Below are positions 49,158 through 60,600 of a stretch of DNA of 64,000 nt, piece after piece. The notes under the pieces are model-generated. The model ran no database searches and was not told the DNA's origin. It saw nothing but the letters and a program-made list of their open reading frames with translations. Source of the DNA: Tricharina praecox. Lineage: Eukaryota. A program made the position numbers and the translations under genes. The stretch covers positions 1 through 64,000 of the forward strand of contig NW_026250452.1 in the NCBI RefSeq assembly GCF_024521635.1. Reading direction: 5' to 3'. Position 1 is the first letter of the stretch. Each line of letters opens with the position of its first letter.

Positions 49158-52100
49158 ATGCCATCATCCTCGCCGAGTTTCACTGCTGCTTCCCTCCCGC
49201 CGTTGCACCAGCATCAGCAGCGGCAACAGCTTGGGCATCTACATCAGCAACCTCTTCTGACCCCGCAAGACCATCAACCGCCTCATCCCCATCGTCCGTC
49301 CGTATCCGACGCTACCCATCCGCGCTCGCACTCTCATTCGCACTCCCGCTCGCACTCCCATTCGCATTCCCAGTCACCTCAAGGTACAGACACACAGCAC
49401 GCTCGCACGCCCGCTGATACATCATCCCACGTACTACCCCGATCACTCCACGTCAAGTCGGCGAACATTCAGCCCCTACCCTTCCCCACCCCTTCCTTCC
49501 CGTCTGACCTCCCTGTACACAGCTCCTCACATCTTCAGATCAAGATCCACTGACGCGGTGCCATGTGATATTGATAGCCCCTGGCCCTCGTCCTCCCCCT
49601 CAGCCTGCGCATAAGCGAACATATCAAGCGTCCGTCACCCCACTCTGTCTTCTTTCATCACTTCCAGCACCTAGCTCAATTCTCCTGTCTTCAGATGCAT
49701 CCCATGTCGTCAGCGGAAAGTTCGATGTGACCTAGGCTCCGTCGAAGCTCCCCACGATCCACCCTGCGTTCGTTGCCGTCGTGAATCTAAGGTAGCCCCT
49801 CTCTTCATCCCTCCATTGCGGCTATCCCAACCCTCATTGATCCCTTATTAATCCTTTGGTGCTTTAGGAATGCTTCTTCTCTGCCACCCGCCGCAAGCGT
49901 ACCCCGTCCGTCGATATCCCTCCCGGCCTCGGCCGCGGACGCGGTGTACGGAAGCCGGAGGACTCCCTCGAGAACGGTGAACCGAAGCGCGTACGCACCC
50001 ACTCCCATCCGCAACCGCAGCAGCACGATCCAGTCTTCCATTCGCCCGATTACTCGCCGTCGTATCGCACCTACGCCGCCATAGATCCCGCCCTTAATCG
50101 TGCCGATTGCCCGCCTCCACCACCACCGCCACCTCCCGCTTCAACCGCCACGACTACCGATACGTTGCTGCAGACCGAGGTGTACAACTCTCACGAGGCA
50201 CTATTAACCCTGATCGAGGCGGCTGGAAAAGACACACCCATGATGAAGAACGAAAGCCGAAGCACGTCGACGCAACCTTCGCCGGCTCCACTGCCATCGT
50301 CTTCGAGCCACTCCCATGTGCACTCGCCAGTGCAGACATCGTCGGCTACAGCCGCGGTGCCGCGGTGGAACAACCAGAGTGTACATTTCTCGGGTGTGCC
50401 CGACGAGAGCGAAGCCACTACCAACAGCCATACCAGCTCGCACCTGCATAAGCGCAGCAATTCTGGCACCTCGCCCAAGACGGGCAATATGCGCCTCCCA
50501 GTGCACGATGACGGCACCGAGAAGGCGCTCAAGGCATGGAACAAGTTTCGGTTCGTCAAGGCCGGATGGTTTAGCGCCCGTGAGGCTATCGGATATGTCG
50601 AATAGTAACTCTCCCTCTCCCCCACCCTACATCTGTAGTCGTGGTTTTGTTACCGAACGCGCGCTGATTACCTACTGACCCTTGCAGTTTCTATAAGCAC
50701 CTTCACCCGCTGTCACCGACCCTGACCAACCCCACGCTCCTCCACGTCTCGCACCGCCGCCATCATCATCTCTTGCTGCGCAATGAGCCCTTCCTGGCTA
50801 CGACCATCCTGACGGTCGCGTCACGCTACATGACGCTCCCGGGCCCGGGTGGAGTGTCGAGGTCATTTGCCATCCACGACATGCTCTGGCGCGAGGTCCG
50901 CAGTGCGTTCGAGCGCCTGATGTGGGGTGGCGGCTGGGGTGGACTCGGCGTTCCTCGACCTCCTGCCGGTAGCACTCTCTCTCCCGCCAGTACCGCCAGA
51001 ACCGGTCGCGGCCTCCGCACCATTGGTACTGTCGAAGGACTGCTCATCCTTTCCGAATGGCATGTCCGCGGATTGCACTTTCCCATGGACGTGGAAGAGA
51101 GCGATTGGGGGATTTCCGACATGTCGGATGACGAGAAGGACGAGAAGGACCCATCGTCGCCAACGCTGTCGCGGAGAGTCGTGGAAGGACTGGGAGATAA
51201 AATCGAAAATATCCTGGAGCCGGCATACCGCAGTGACCGCATGAGCTGGATGCTACTGGGGAACGCACTCGCACTCGCATACGAACTCGGTGTGTTCGAT
51301 AACAACAACCACGATGAGCGCGCAGCAAGGATCCAGAAGCTGCTGCTGGTCTACATCAAACAGCTGGCGTCACGCCTGGGTTGGACGTCCATGGTGCCAC
51401 CTTCGCTGTCGCCTGCTGCTGCTAGCTCGAGCTCTCATCTCCCCACCGCTGGAGATTGGTCCGATCCCGATGCCCTCCAGGACGCGGTCTTCGGCGCCTG
51501 GGTCGACCTCACCAATCTCATGGCGCAGTCGTCGGAGCTGCTCTTCCCCAGCCGAGCGCAAACCCGCGAAATAATGCGTTCTGGCCGTTACGTCGAGCTC
51601 CTGACACACTTCCAGCCCCTCCTGCGCGCCTGGCGCGACCGCCTTGAGGCCCTCCAGCTCCCGCAGCCCATCCGCTCGATCCTCGAAATGGAGTGGGAGC
51701 ACGTCCGTTTCTACATCAACTCACTCTCGTTGCAAGCAGTCATCGACCGCTGCTCGCTCTCGGGCGGCTCAGCACGCCCAGACATATCCACGGCGGACAC
51801 TGGGTTCATCCGCGAAGTCGTCGCCGCATCGCGGTCGCTTCTCGCCACCGTCGTCGAGTCGATGTACGAGCACGGCTACCTCAAGCACGCGCCCGTCAGA
51901 ATCTACCTCCGCATCCTCTCCGCAAGCATGTTCCTCCTCAAAACGTTTTCCCTCGGCGCAAAGGAGGTCGAGGTCGAGCGCTCCCTCGAACTCGTCGAGT
52001 CCGTCTGCACGTGCCTGCGTTCCGCGGCTGTGGATGATGTTCACCTCGGTCTCAGGTTCGCAGACCTACTGGCTGGCCTCGTCGGCCGCGTCCGCGCCCG

Positions 52101-52377
52101 CTTCGTTAAAATGCCGCTGGAGGAACCGCTCCCCAACAATAACGGTAACAACAACAACACGACAGTAGGGGAGATGGCGTGGGAACCCCAGCAGCAGCAG
52201 CAGCAGCAGCAAGAGGACCTCCAGGGCGTGTACGATTGGGGCTGGGGCAGCGAGGATTGGCTGGCCTTGCCGCTGGATCCGATTCTGGGGTTCGAGGGCG
52301 TTACCCAGGGGACTATGGGCGTCGATGTTGGCGGGATGGATTTGTTGGAGGTATTGCTTGCTCCGGCTGGAGGTTAG
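49158..52377 (+). CDS. ARO80: ARO80-like Zn(II)2Cys6 transcription factor (~933 aa); exons 49158-49383, 49578-49629, 49695-49791, 49868-50604, 50688-52377
   Basis: Splicing gives [50 protein letters not shown]. Downstream motifs [42 protein letters not shown] and VDDVHLG..FADLL are typical of Aro80-like factors of filamentous ascomycetes. The first exon is the least certain. Confidence 0.85.
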
Positions 52378-52719
52378 GTGCTGGGGGGTGATCGTTTCTG
52401 CTTAATACTGTATGAAGATATGGGGGATGTGGAATTTACACGATGGGATGATATGGTGGGATCGGATGCGATGTGGTACGGGGATGTATTGTAATGATTG
52501 AACACGAGCTAGGTGGTGGAGTTGGTATTTGCAATTTGATGTACACGAGAACGATGATTATGCTTTTATACTATGCTTTGTACACACAGAGGGCTGTGAT
52601 CATCTGTTTCTAGGCATGGGGCAGCAGGGACGGCGGGGGTAATGATCAAAGGGCGTAATGATCAAAAGTGGCTCTGTCTGTCTCGATACCATGACTGTTG
52701 ACTCGGCCGGATGAATATG

Positions 52720-54575
52720 CCCACACCCACCGACGCGATGTCCTCCATCCGGCGGTCCAGCTAGCACCGCCATCCAGTGATTTACACCTTGCAGAGCAGT
52801 AGATCTCCGAATGCCTTGCGACGCAGTTTGTTCCGGACTTGGAGCTCTCAATACTATGGGGGAATAGGTAGTCTAGCTGCGTCACATGTATGATCTACAT
52901 ACCGCACTATTTTCCAATCCTGGTGGAAGAACCATAGGTAGCCATCGTAGCCGAATAAAAAAAAAGCTGAAGAAAAGATGGAAAAGATGGAAAAGATGGA
53001 GAAAATTGGAAAAGTAATGCATAGCGGAAGATAAAAGCAACGCAACATCACCCCTCCTTACACACCTCCAGTAATCGGAAACAAAGCTCATCAATTGTTC
53101 TCCTCCAACGGCGACAGCCCCAGAGCCTGTGGTTGAACAGCTCCTCCCCCTTCCGCTCCTCCCTGGTATTCCCCGACTTGACACCGGGCCCTGGCCGGTA
53201 GCAGTCTCGCAGGCTACCAGCGTACCGGAGCCCGGCTGTGCTGGAGAGTTTTTCGAAGACTGACCGTCTGAGGACGGCCTCCACCCGCCGGGGTTGGACA
53301 TATGTCCAAGACCCGGCGTTCAGGGGCTCATCCTGAGTCAGACAGTCTCCTCCACGTTCAAGTACTTCTCCAGCTCGTTACGGAGCTGGAGAAGGGGGGG
53401 GGGATGGGTGGAGTTACTCCACACTCGCGATCGCGATCGCGACATCGTTCACTCCCGTGGCACCGCGGTGCCGAAGCTGCACAAGCACTGGGGTGCTTGT
53501 GCAGCTGCGCGTATATACACCTCGGTGTACGCGGCAGCATCAGCGTGCGCACAGTGCCGCCGTATCTCATGGACTCCTGGATGCTTGGGAGAAACTCGTA
53601 AGAGTGGAGCTCCCCAAATTCCGCGAAAGTTTCGTGGAATGTCCGTGCTAACGCTGAGCGGGAAATGGTGGATCACAAGGTCGGTTTGGTTCCAGATCTT
53701 GGGTGGTTCTGGCGCATAATGGCCCTTGAAAGTTGAGGTCGTGGTATTGCGTAACGGCGAGGGGGAGGGGGGAGGGGGGGGGCGGGGGGGTGGGATGCAG
53801 TTGCTCCACACGCGCCATCGCGATCGTGACATCGTTCACTCCCTTGGCACCGTGGTGCCCCAGCTGCACAACCACCGGGGTGCTTGTGCAGCTGGGCGGG
53901 CGTACATCTGATCGGCAGGTGCATCACGCCTCCCCCCCTCGCTACGACCGAACACTCCAGTGGAGGTCGGTCGCAGCCTGCGCAAGGCGCAGAGCCCAGT
54001 GTTGGTGCGAGGGGAGGGGGCCCCAGAAGTCCAGGTATTCCTAGATTCCGGGCGGGGCGGCGATGTTGATGGCAGCTGCCTCGATCGGAACGGGTAGGGC
54101 TGGCTGTTGCCGAGGTTTCATCGTTCGTTCGTTCGGAGCGATTGTTGGGATATCAGATGTCGGTGCAACTATGGAGGGAGTCAGTGGTTATCACTCGCGA
54201 TGAGGTGCGAGTGCCGGGGAGTGACACACCTGTCTAAACACCGCAGCGGTGCGGCCACCGGGGCCCGCATGCCAGGGTGACATTACGAAGGTATGGAAGG
54301 TATGGAAGGTTATCGTCTAGTTGACTATGGGGTAATTGAAAGGGAGAAGTATGAAGTGGAAGTGGAAGGTGGAGTAGGCAAAAAGTGGAGAGGGAGAGGA
54401 AGGTGGTGATGAATTAGTAAGAAGGGGGAGAGAGAGAGGGTGTTGATGGTGGATCATAAAGGAGGAAGTGGGAGAGAGGGCAAGTGTGGGCGGCGCAAAC
54501 CTGGGGGTAAAACCCTACGCAGTGCGTAGAATTAAATTGCCGTAGCGTCGTTGCAGTGGCTTGTCACTGCCATGG
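52720..54575 (-). repeat. Inverted copy of the modular unit with KGD1 cargo (internally duplicated)
   Basis: Reverse complement of about 27660-29340, including the palindrome block at 54515-54529 and the 3' flank. Confidence 0.85.
53091..53465 (-). pseudogene. KGD1: KGD1 3' fragment; a second partial copy lies at ~53790-53855
   Basis: ELEKYLNVEETV, LRYAGSL and VTIAMARVEQLHP peptides. Confidence 0.8.
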
Positions 54576-54899
54576 ACGCGGTACTGGATTTATGGATTCG
54601 CTGCCAGTGACGCAGTACTGGACTCGCTGATATGGGCCCAGTAGTGGATTGGCTGCCAGGGACGCGGTACTGGACTCACCCTTCCTGCCTCGCCCTGCCT
54701 CGCCCTATCACGAAAACCGTGATTTCAGCCACCCCCAGCCCAATTGCACCATCAAATCGCGGTCCCACAGAGAACTTTATATGACAAGAAAGTATCTAAT
54801 ATGTATGGGAGTGGATGGTGTTGAGGTCCCGTGTCAATCGGTTGCAAACTCGCGGAATGGTGGCCTCCATTACCAATAAAACAGCGAGTTGGGCATCCC

Positions 54900-55380
54900 G
54901 CGGCCCAAAACGGCTATATCACAGTCAGTATTTGCCTGTTTCCCTCGGGCAGATACCCGTTGGGATCCTCACGCTATGCTCCTCCCACATTACGCATTGT
55001 TCCCAGGGTCTGACGCAGTTTACCGGTCGGCCGTAGGCGATCTGGTTGCTGCACAGCCCAGCACGATCATAATCTGCTACATCGCAGTCAGTATTCATCT
55101 GTTTCTCTCGACGAGACACTCGTTGGGATCCTCACTGAACGCACATCCCATTCGACGTCTCGCCTTCCGGGGGTCTGACGCTGTTTACTGGTCGGCCGTA
55201 GGTGATATAGTTGCTCCGTAGTGGTGCTCTACAGTCGAGCAGGACCAAAATCTGCTACGAATATCGCAGTCAGTTTTCAACCGTTTCTGTCGACCAGACA
55301 CTTGTTGGGACCCCCAGGGTATGAGCATTTCACCGACATATGGCTCTCTGGGTCTGATGAAGTTTACTGGTCGGCCTCCG
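54900..55380 (+). repeat. Three ~165-180-bp tandem units (plus a partial unit at 55655-55710)
   Basis: CAGTCAGT.TT...GTTT...AGA.AC..GTTGGGA.CC...GGGTCTGA.G..GTTTAC.GGTCGGCC three times. Confidence 0.8.
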
Positions 55381-55399
55381 AGCGAGGCGTTGGGGGCGG

Positions 55400-55640
55400 A
55401 CTATGAGGTCTCAGGACTGTGGCAGGGCACTCCCACCACCACGAGAGACGAGACCGCACAACTGTGACAGGCCGCTCCCGTCAGCCAGCAAGACAAAGTC
55501 TCAGGACTATGGCGGGGCGCTTTTGCCTCCGACCGAGACGAGGTCGCAGGGCTGTGGCAAGGCACTCCCACCACCAAGTGAGACGTTGGAAGGGGACTAC
55601 GAGGCCGCATGACGGTGGCAGGGCACTCCCGCCTCCAAGC
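55400..55640. repeat. Short tandem repeats GTGGCA(G/A)GGCACTCCC
   Basis: Three to four degenerate units. Confidence 0.65.
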
Positions 55641-55789
55641 GAGAAGAGGCGCGGAAACTGCAACATCTCAGTTAATTTACCCGTTTCTCTCGAGCAGACA
55701 CTGAGATCCGGAAGGTACGCACATTCTATGCATTAATTTTAATTGCAAAAAAGAGGTGGCCATCTGCTCACATTCGACCGCCGTAGTCA

Positions 55790-57240
55790 TCGCAGCCGAA
55801 TAAGAAAAAAGCTCAAGGAAAAGATGGAAAAGATGGAAAAGTCATCATTCATGCAAATCGAAATACAAAAACAAAAATATATACATTCAAAGCAAAAGAC
55901 AAAAACAAAAACAATCCAACATCACCCCTCCTTAGACCCCTCCAGCAATCGGAAACAAAGTTCATAAATTCTTCTCCTCTAACGGCGACAGCCCGAGAGC
56001 CCAGTTGGTTGAGCAGCTCCTCCCCCTCCCCGATATGGCCCAGCTCGATGCTGGCCGGTCGCAGTCGATGCGCTTGGGGCACGACCGGCGTACCGGGGAC
56101 CGGCTGTGCTGGGGAGTGTTTGGAAGACTGTCTGAGGAAGGCCTCCACCCGCCTGGGTTGGACATATGCCCAAGCACCGGCGTTCAGGGGATCATCCTGA
56201 GTCAGACAGTCTCCTCCACGTTCGGATACTTCTCCAGCTCGTTACGGAGCTGGAGAAGGGGGGGGGGGGGGTGGAATGGGTGGAGTTGCTCCACACGCGC
56301 CATCGCGATCGCTACATCGTTCGCTCCCTTGGCACCGCGGTGCCGAAGCTGCACAAGCACCGGGGTGCTTATCCAGCTGCGCGTACACCTAGGTGTACGC
56401 GCCTCCCCTCGCTGCGACCGAACAATCCAGTGGAGGTCGGTCGCCGCCTGCGCAAGGCGCAGAGCACACTGGTGGTGTGAAGGGAGGGTGGCTCGGAAGT
56501 CCAGGTAGTCCTGGATTCCGGGAAGGGCCGGCAATGTTGATTGCAGCAGCCTCGATCCAAACGGGTAGGTCGGGCTGTTGCTGATGGTTCATCGTTCGTT
56601 CATGCGCCTGTGCAGGGAGTCAATGGTTATCACTCGCTTGAGGTGCGAAAGCCGGGGAGTGACGCACCTTAAGCCCCCAAGTTGTCGGTATTGTGAAGGG
56701 TTTGAGGGGTTGCTGACGTCGCCGAGGTGTTTGGACGAGGCTCGCAGGCCAGGGTGACATTGTGAAAGTATGGTGGAGTAGGCAGAAAGTGAAAGGAGGG
56801 AGACGATGGTGATGGAGGAGGTATAAAGTAAAAGGAGAGAAAGGAAGGTGGTGATGATGTAGTAAGAAGGGGGAGAGAGAGGATGTTGATGGTGGTTTAT
56901 AAAGGAGGGAGTGGGAGAGAGGGCAAGCGTGGGCGGCGAAACCCTCGGGTAAAACCCTACGCAGTGCGTAGAATTGAATTGCCGTAGCGTCGTTGCAGTG
57001 GCTTGTCACTGCCGTCAAGGCTTGCGTTGTCAGACGCACATCGCTAGATCACCCGCGAAGCGCTGCTTCAGATCCACGGCACTTGCATTTTATTTAGTCC
57101 GTGTTATTTGCCATTATGTTGGAGGCCTGAGCCTTCTCCCATGTGATTTATGTCATCTTATGGTTCTTCTGACTGACATGTACACATGTTGGCAGTCGAC
57201 TGCAGTCTGTACCATCCGAACTCACAGGTAGAGTAGACCG
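55790..57240 (-). repeat. Second inverted copy of the modular unit
   Basis: Reverse complement of the upstream block, palindromes (56957-56971, 57192-57203), cargo and 3' flank. Confidence 0.85.
55962..56340 (-). pseudogene. KGD1: KGD1 3' fragment
   Basis: VAIAMARVEQLHPF...LRNELEKYPNVEETV and GPRYAGRAPSASTATG. Confidence 0.85.
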
Positions 57241-57384
57241 TCCATCTATCGACCTTCTGAAGGGATTGATGCAGAGAATTCCTAATCCATAGAGCTTGTA
57301 TATGGAGAGAGCTCGCTTCTCACGATGTTGCTGCGGTACGTACCCATGGATACGCCTGGAGTCCCAGGCTCTGCACGACTGTGG

Positions 57385-57680
57385 CGATCGAATGTAATCG
57401 AGTGTAATCGAGTGTAACCGTGTGTAATCGAGTCTGTCAGAATAGCCGTCCGGAGTACGTTGGTATCCCGGCGGAGTTCGGTGTTCGTGCCGAGTCAGCC
57501 AAACTGTCGGCCAAACTGTCGGCCAAAGTTTGCCGACCCGGACAGAGCCTTCTTCCTATGACTGTATATAAAGAGGATTGGTGGCTAGGAGATAGACAAT
57601 ACATCACATATCTCTGACAGAGTGTAATCGGCCGCAATCGAGTGTAATCGAGTGTAATCGGCCGTAATCGACCGTAATCC
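57385..57680. repeat. 10-bp tandem repeat (GAGTGTAATC)n split by the solo LTR
   Basis: Units lie on both sides of 57435-57619. Confidence 0.85.
57435..57619 (+). mobile_element. Probable solo LTR (185 bp)
   Basis: TG...CA ends with 7-bp inverted termini TGTCAGA/TCTGACA, internal TATATAAAG, and flanks GAGTC/GAGTG (5-bp TSD with one mismatch). Confidence 0.65.
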
Positions 57681-60600
57681 CGTCCCGGACTCTGCACGAC
57701 TACTTCATCGGGCGTCATTACGGCCTGGTAAGATTGTTCCAGATACTTGAGTCCTCGCTGGTTCTGGGGATTATATGAAAGCGAGACAGAAGCCATCGAG
57801 TATCTCACCTTTCAAGGTATGCGTCACACCACCGTCTCAGCACGATAGACAGATACTTAACATGACCTTGGATTGCGGCTTGCACTCTTCACTCTCCGGA
57901 GTCCGTCGGGCTCGTTCTACTGTCGGTTCCGACGAGACTCCGGTCTTTCTAGATTCACACCAAATCACTCGGAACCTCGAAATCCATCGTCGATCATCGT
58001 CCTCCAGACTGTCACACTGGTAATAAATTGGATAGATTGATGGATGAATCAAACGGTGAAGATTATGATACGTGCAATTGGACGATGTCGTGAACGGAGT
58101 CTGTACCGGTGAGCCGCGAGCAAGGGCTCATCACCCGCACACCAACTCGATGGTAAATGATCGATCAGTGACATCTGAGGAGAGATATCATGACAAAACC
58201 TCGGAAGATGGATATCACGGAACTTGTTTTTGTTCCTCTGTATCGCTTTATACTGTCTCTGTTGCCCGTTCATTCTTTTCTGTAGGGAGGACGTACAGTT
58301 GTCGAAGACTGCTCGAAGTTGAATGCCGAGACGCTAGGAAAGCTCAAAGGAGCTTAGGCGTCCGCACCCAACCTCGACCACAGCACCCCTACCTTTCGTG
58401 TGACTTTGCGTCCCTGAGTCTTCGCGCATACTCTACGCGTGCAGGACCATCTCTCTACGCGTGCAGAACCCTCATTTCCAGCGCCATGTCACCCTCCAAC
58501 AATATCAAGTGAATGCGAGACCAGGAATACACCAAGCAGGCCATTCGCGACTACTTTGGCACGTCCTCTCCTCCTGTACCTTACCACGGGCGATGCTGAC
58601 AGCAGTGGCGGAAGCAGCGAGGGACGAAGCTCTGCGGGACATCGATCTCGACGCGAGCAGCTGGTGTCAACTCCGGCGGTTTCGCAGCCAGTTCGGCGTG
58701 GAGTTCCGGGCCACCATGGACGATGCGCAAACCCTCTGAAACGCGGTCGAAATAGGAATGATTTCACAGTGGAAGGGTCATCTACACACTGAGTTCCGGC
58801 AGCACCTTGGGACCTCGCTGGTCGCGGTTAGGTGCCGGAGAAGGTGGTAGATAGGACATCCCCCCACATCCTCACGGTTTGCTGACCAAAAAGCAGGTTG
58901 TCCCTGGAACACCCGGTCAGAATTGGCCCAACACTGGGAGGAAGAGAGCACTCAGGGTAGGGTCTATACAGCAGGAGGTGCGCGTTACTGCTCCCAATAG
59001 CTGTCATCCACTCACCTCATTAAGGCTATCACCATCCCCGAGAGCGCCCCTCACCAGCAGCAGCAAGGCTCCTCTGCTCCCGTGTAGGAGTCCGTTCGGT
59101 GGAAGAAATCCAAGCAGGCTGTGACTGAGAAGGATGAGAAAGTAGCAGGAGGGAAGGGCTCGATTCTGGGTGTCATCGACCCATCCATATCACTACCTGA
59201 GACAATACGTAGGGTGCTCCAGGAGAGCGGTATGATCAACCCATGACTGATGCCAGCTGGAACTCAGCTAAACTCCTCCAGCGAAATCGATTCAGGAAAT
59301 CCTCCGGTCGCATGACTCCAAAGTAAAGGGGGAGGCGGAGGTCATGAGGAGAGACCTGTGTGAGGTACTTCAATCTGCCTGGGATCTGAATAACAAGAAT
59401 ACAGGTCTGGCGGCTGAGGTCAAGGAGCTCACCGGCTATCCGGAAAGCCGAAATTTCATCCTGTACATAGTTCGGTGAACATTGGCACCCGATCGGATAA
59501 AGGATCACAAATACCTTCTTACAGAGCTACATTGGAAAGTCAACTTTATGGTGTTCTTGCGGCTGCATTTCTGGGGATCGAGTGGGTGTGGGTTTAGTGG
59601 CGTTGTGGCGCTGGCCGTGATAGCAGTGGCTGGCTGCACCACCAGTGATATCATTAGAAAATATGCGCTCGGCCAAGTTAGGATACTATTACTTTTCTAC
59701 ATCCTAGTGAGGCGTACACGGTGTTTCTTTTGTTTTTTGCCCTAGAAAAATTGGCTAGAGACGTGAGGTTTGCCAGCCATACGGCGACCTTGGCTCCTCA
59801 ACTTCAGCACCCTCCTCAACCTCAGTACGATGCTCAACTTCCACAAACTCCTCCTACTCGAGTCGCCTCAGCTCCTCCCTCTCTTCTCGCTCCCTGAGCT
59901 CACACTCGCGCATCTCACTGCTTGCATTTTCCTCACCAGCCCCCCGGGCTCCGCCTGCCCACATGGGTAGAGGTAACGAAGTCTCGAACAGCCTGACCGC
60001 ACCGCTCGTTTTCGCAGAGGCCTCGGACTTCATACCGATCATTGGCCCTCCTATCTACCTCTCTCGGCGGCACAGCTTCTACGTACCTTCTACATCGACA
60101 ACCAACCGAGTGTTGCCCATCACAGCACAGCGACAAACCGATATTCCAATCCGGGACGTGCGGAATCCGGATACCTACCACATGCTTAACACGTTTACGC
60201 ACCTTCTGCGACCCCTACATGGGTACACAATGAATTACCGCACCGGTGAGTTCTGTCTCCCGTGATCTGACAGTCCAGACTCCAGGCCGGGTCCCGGCTG
60301 CTGCTGCAGGGGAGCGGAGTTGCAGCGTTACTTTATATTTTCATTACTGATACTATAGTAGTGGAGGAGAAAGAATGTTCCTTTTCATCATGGCTACCAA
60401 CGAAGTGGACTGTGGATCGGGTTGCCGTGGTTCGAGATGCCGGCATGGTGGCAGTTCAGTCACAGTCACAGTCATGAAGCGCTTGCCCGCTTGTATCGAC
60501 CCAGTCGAGCACCCGCGGCGGAATGGTCTCTCGGTGAGCGTTGATGCAAGCGCGAAGCCACAGATGAGGGATCACGTGGGAGCAGGGAAAGATGGGATAG

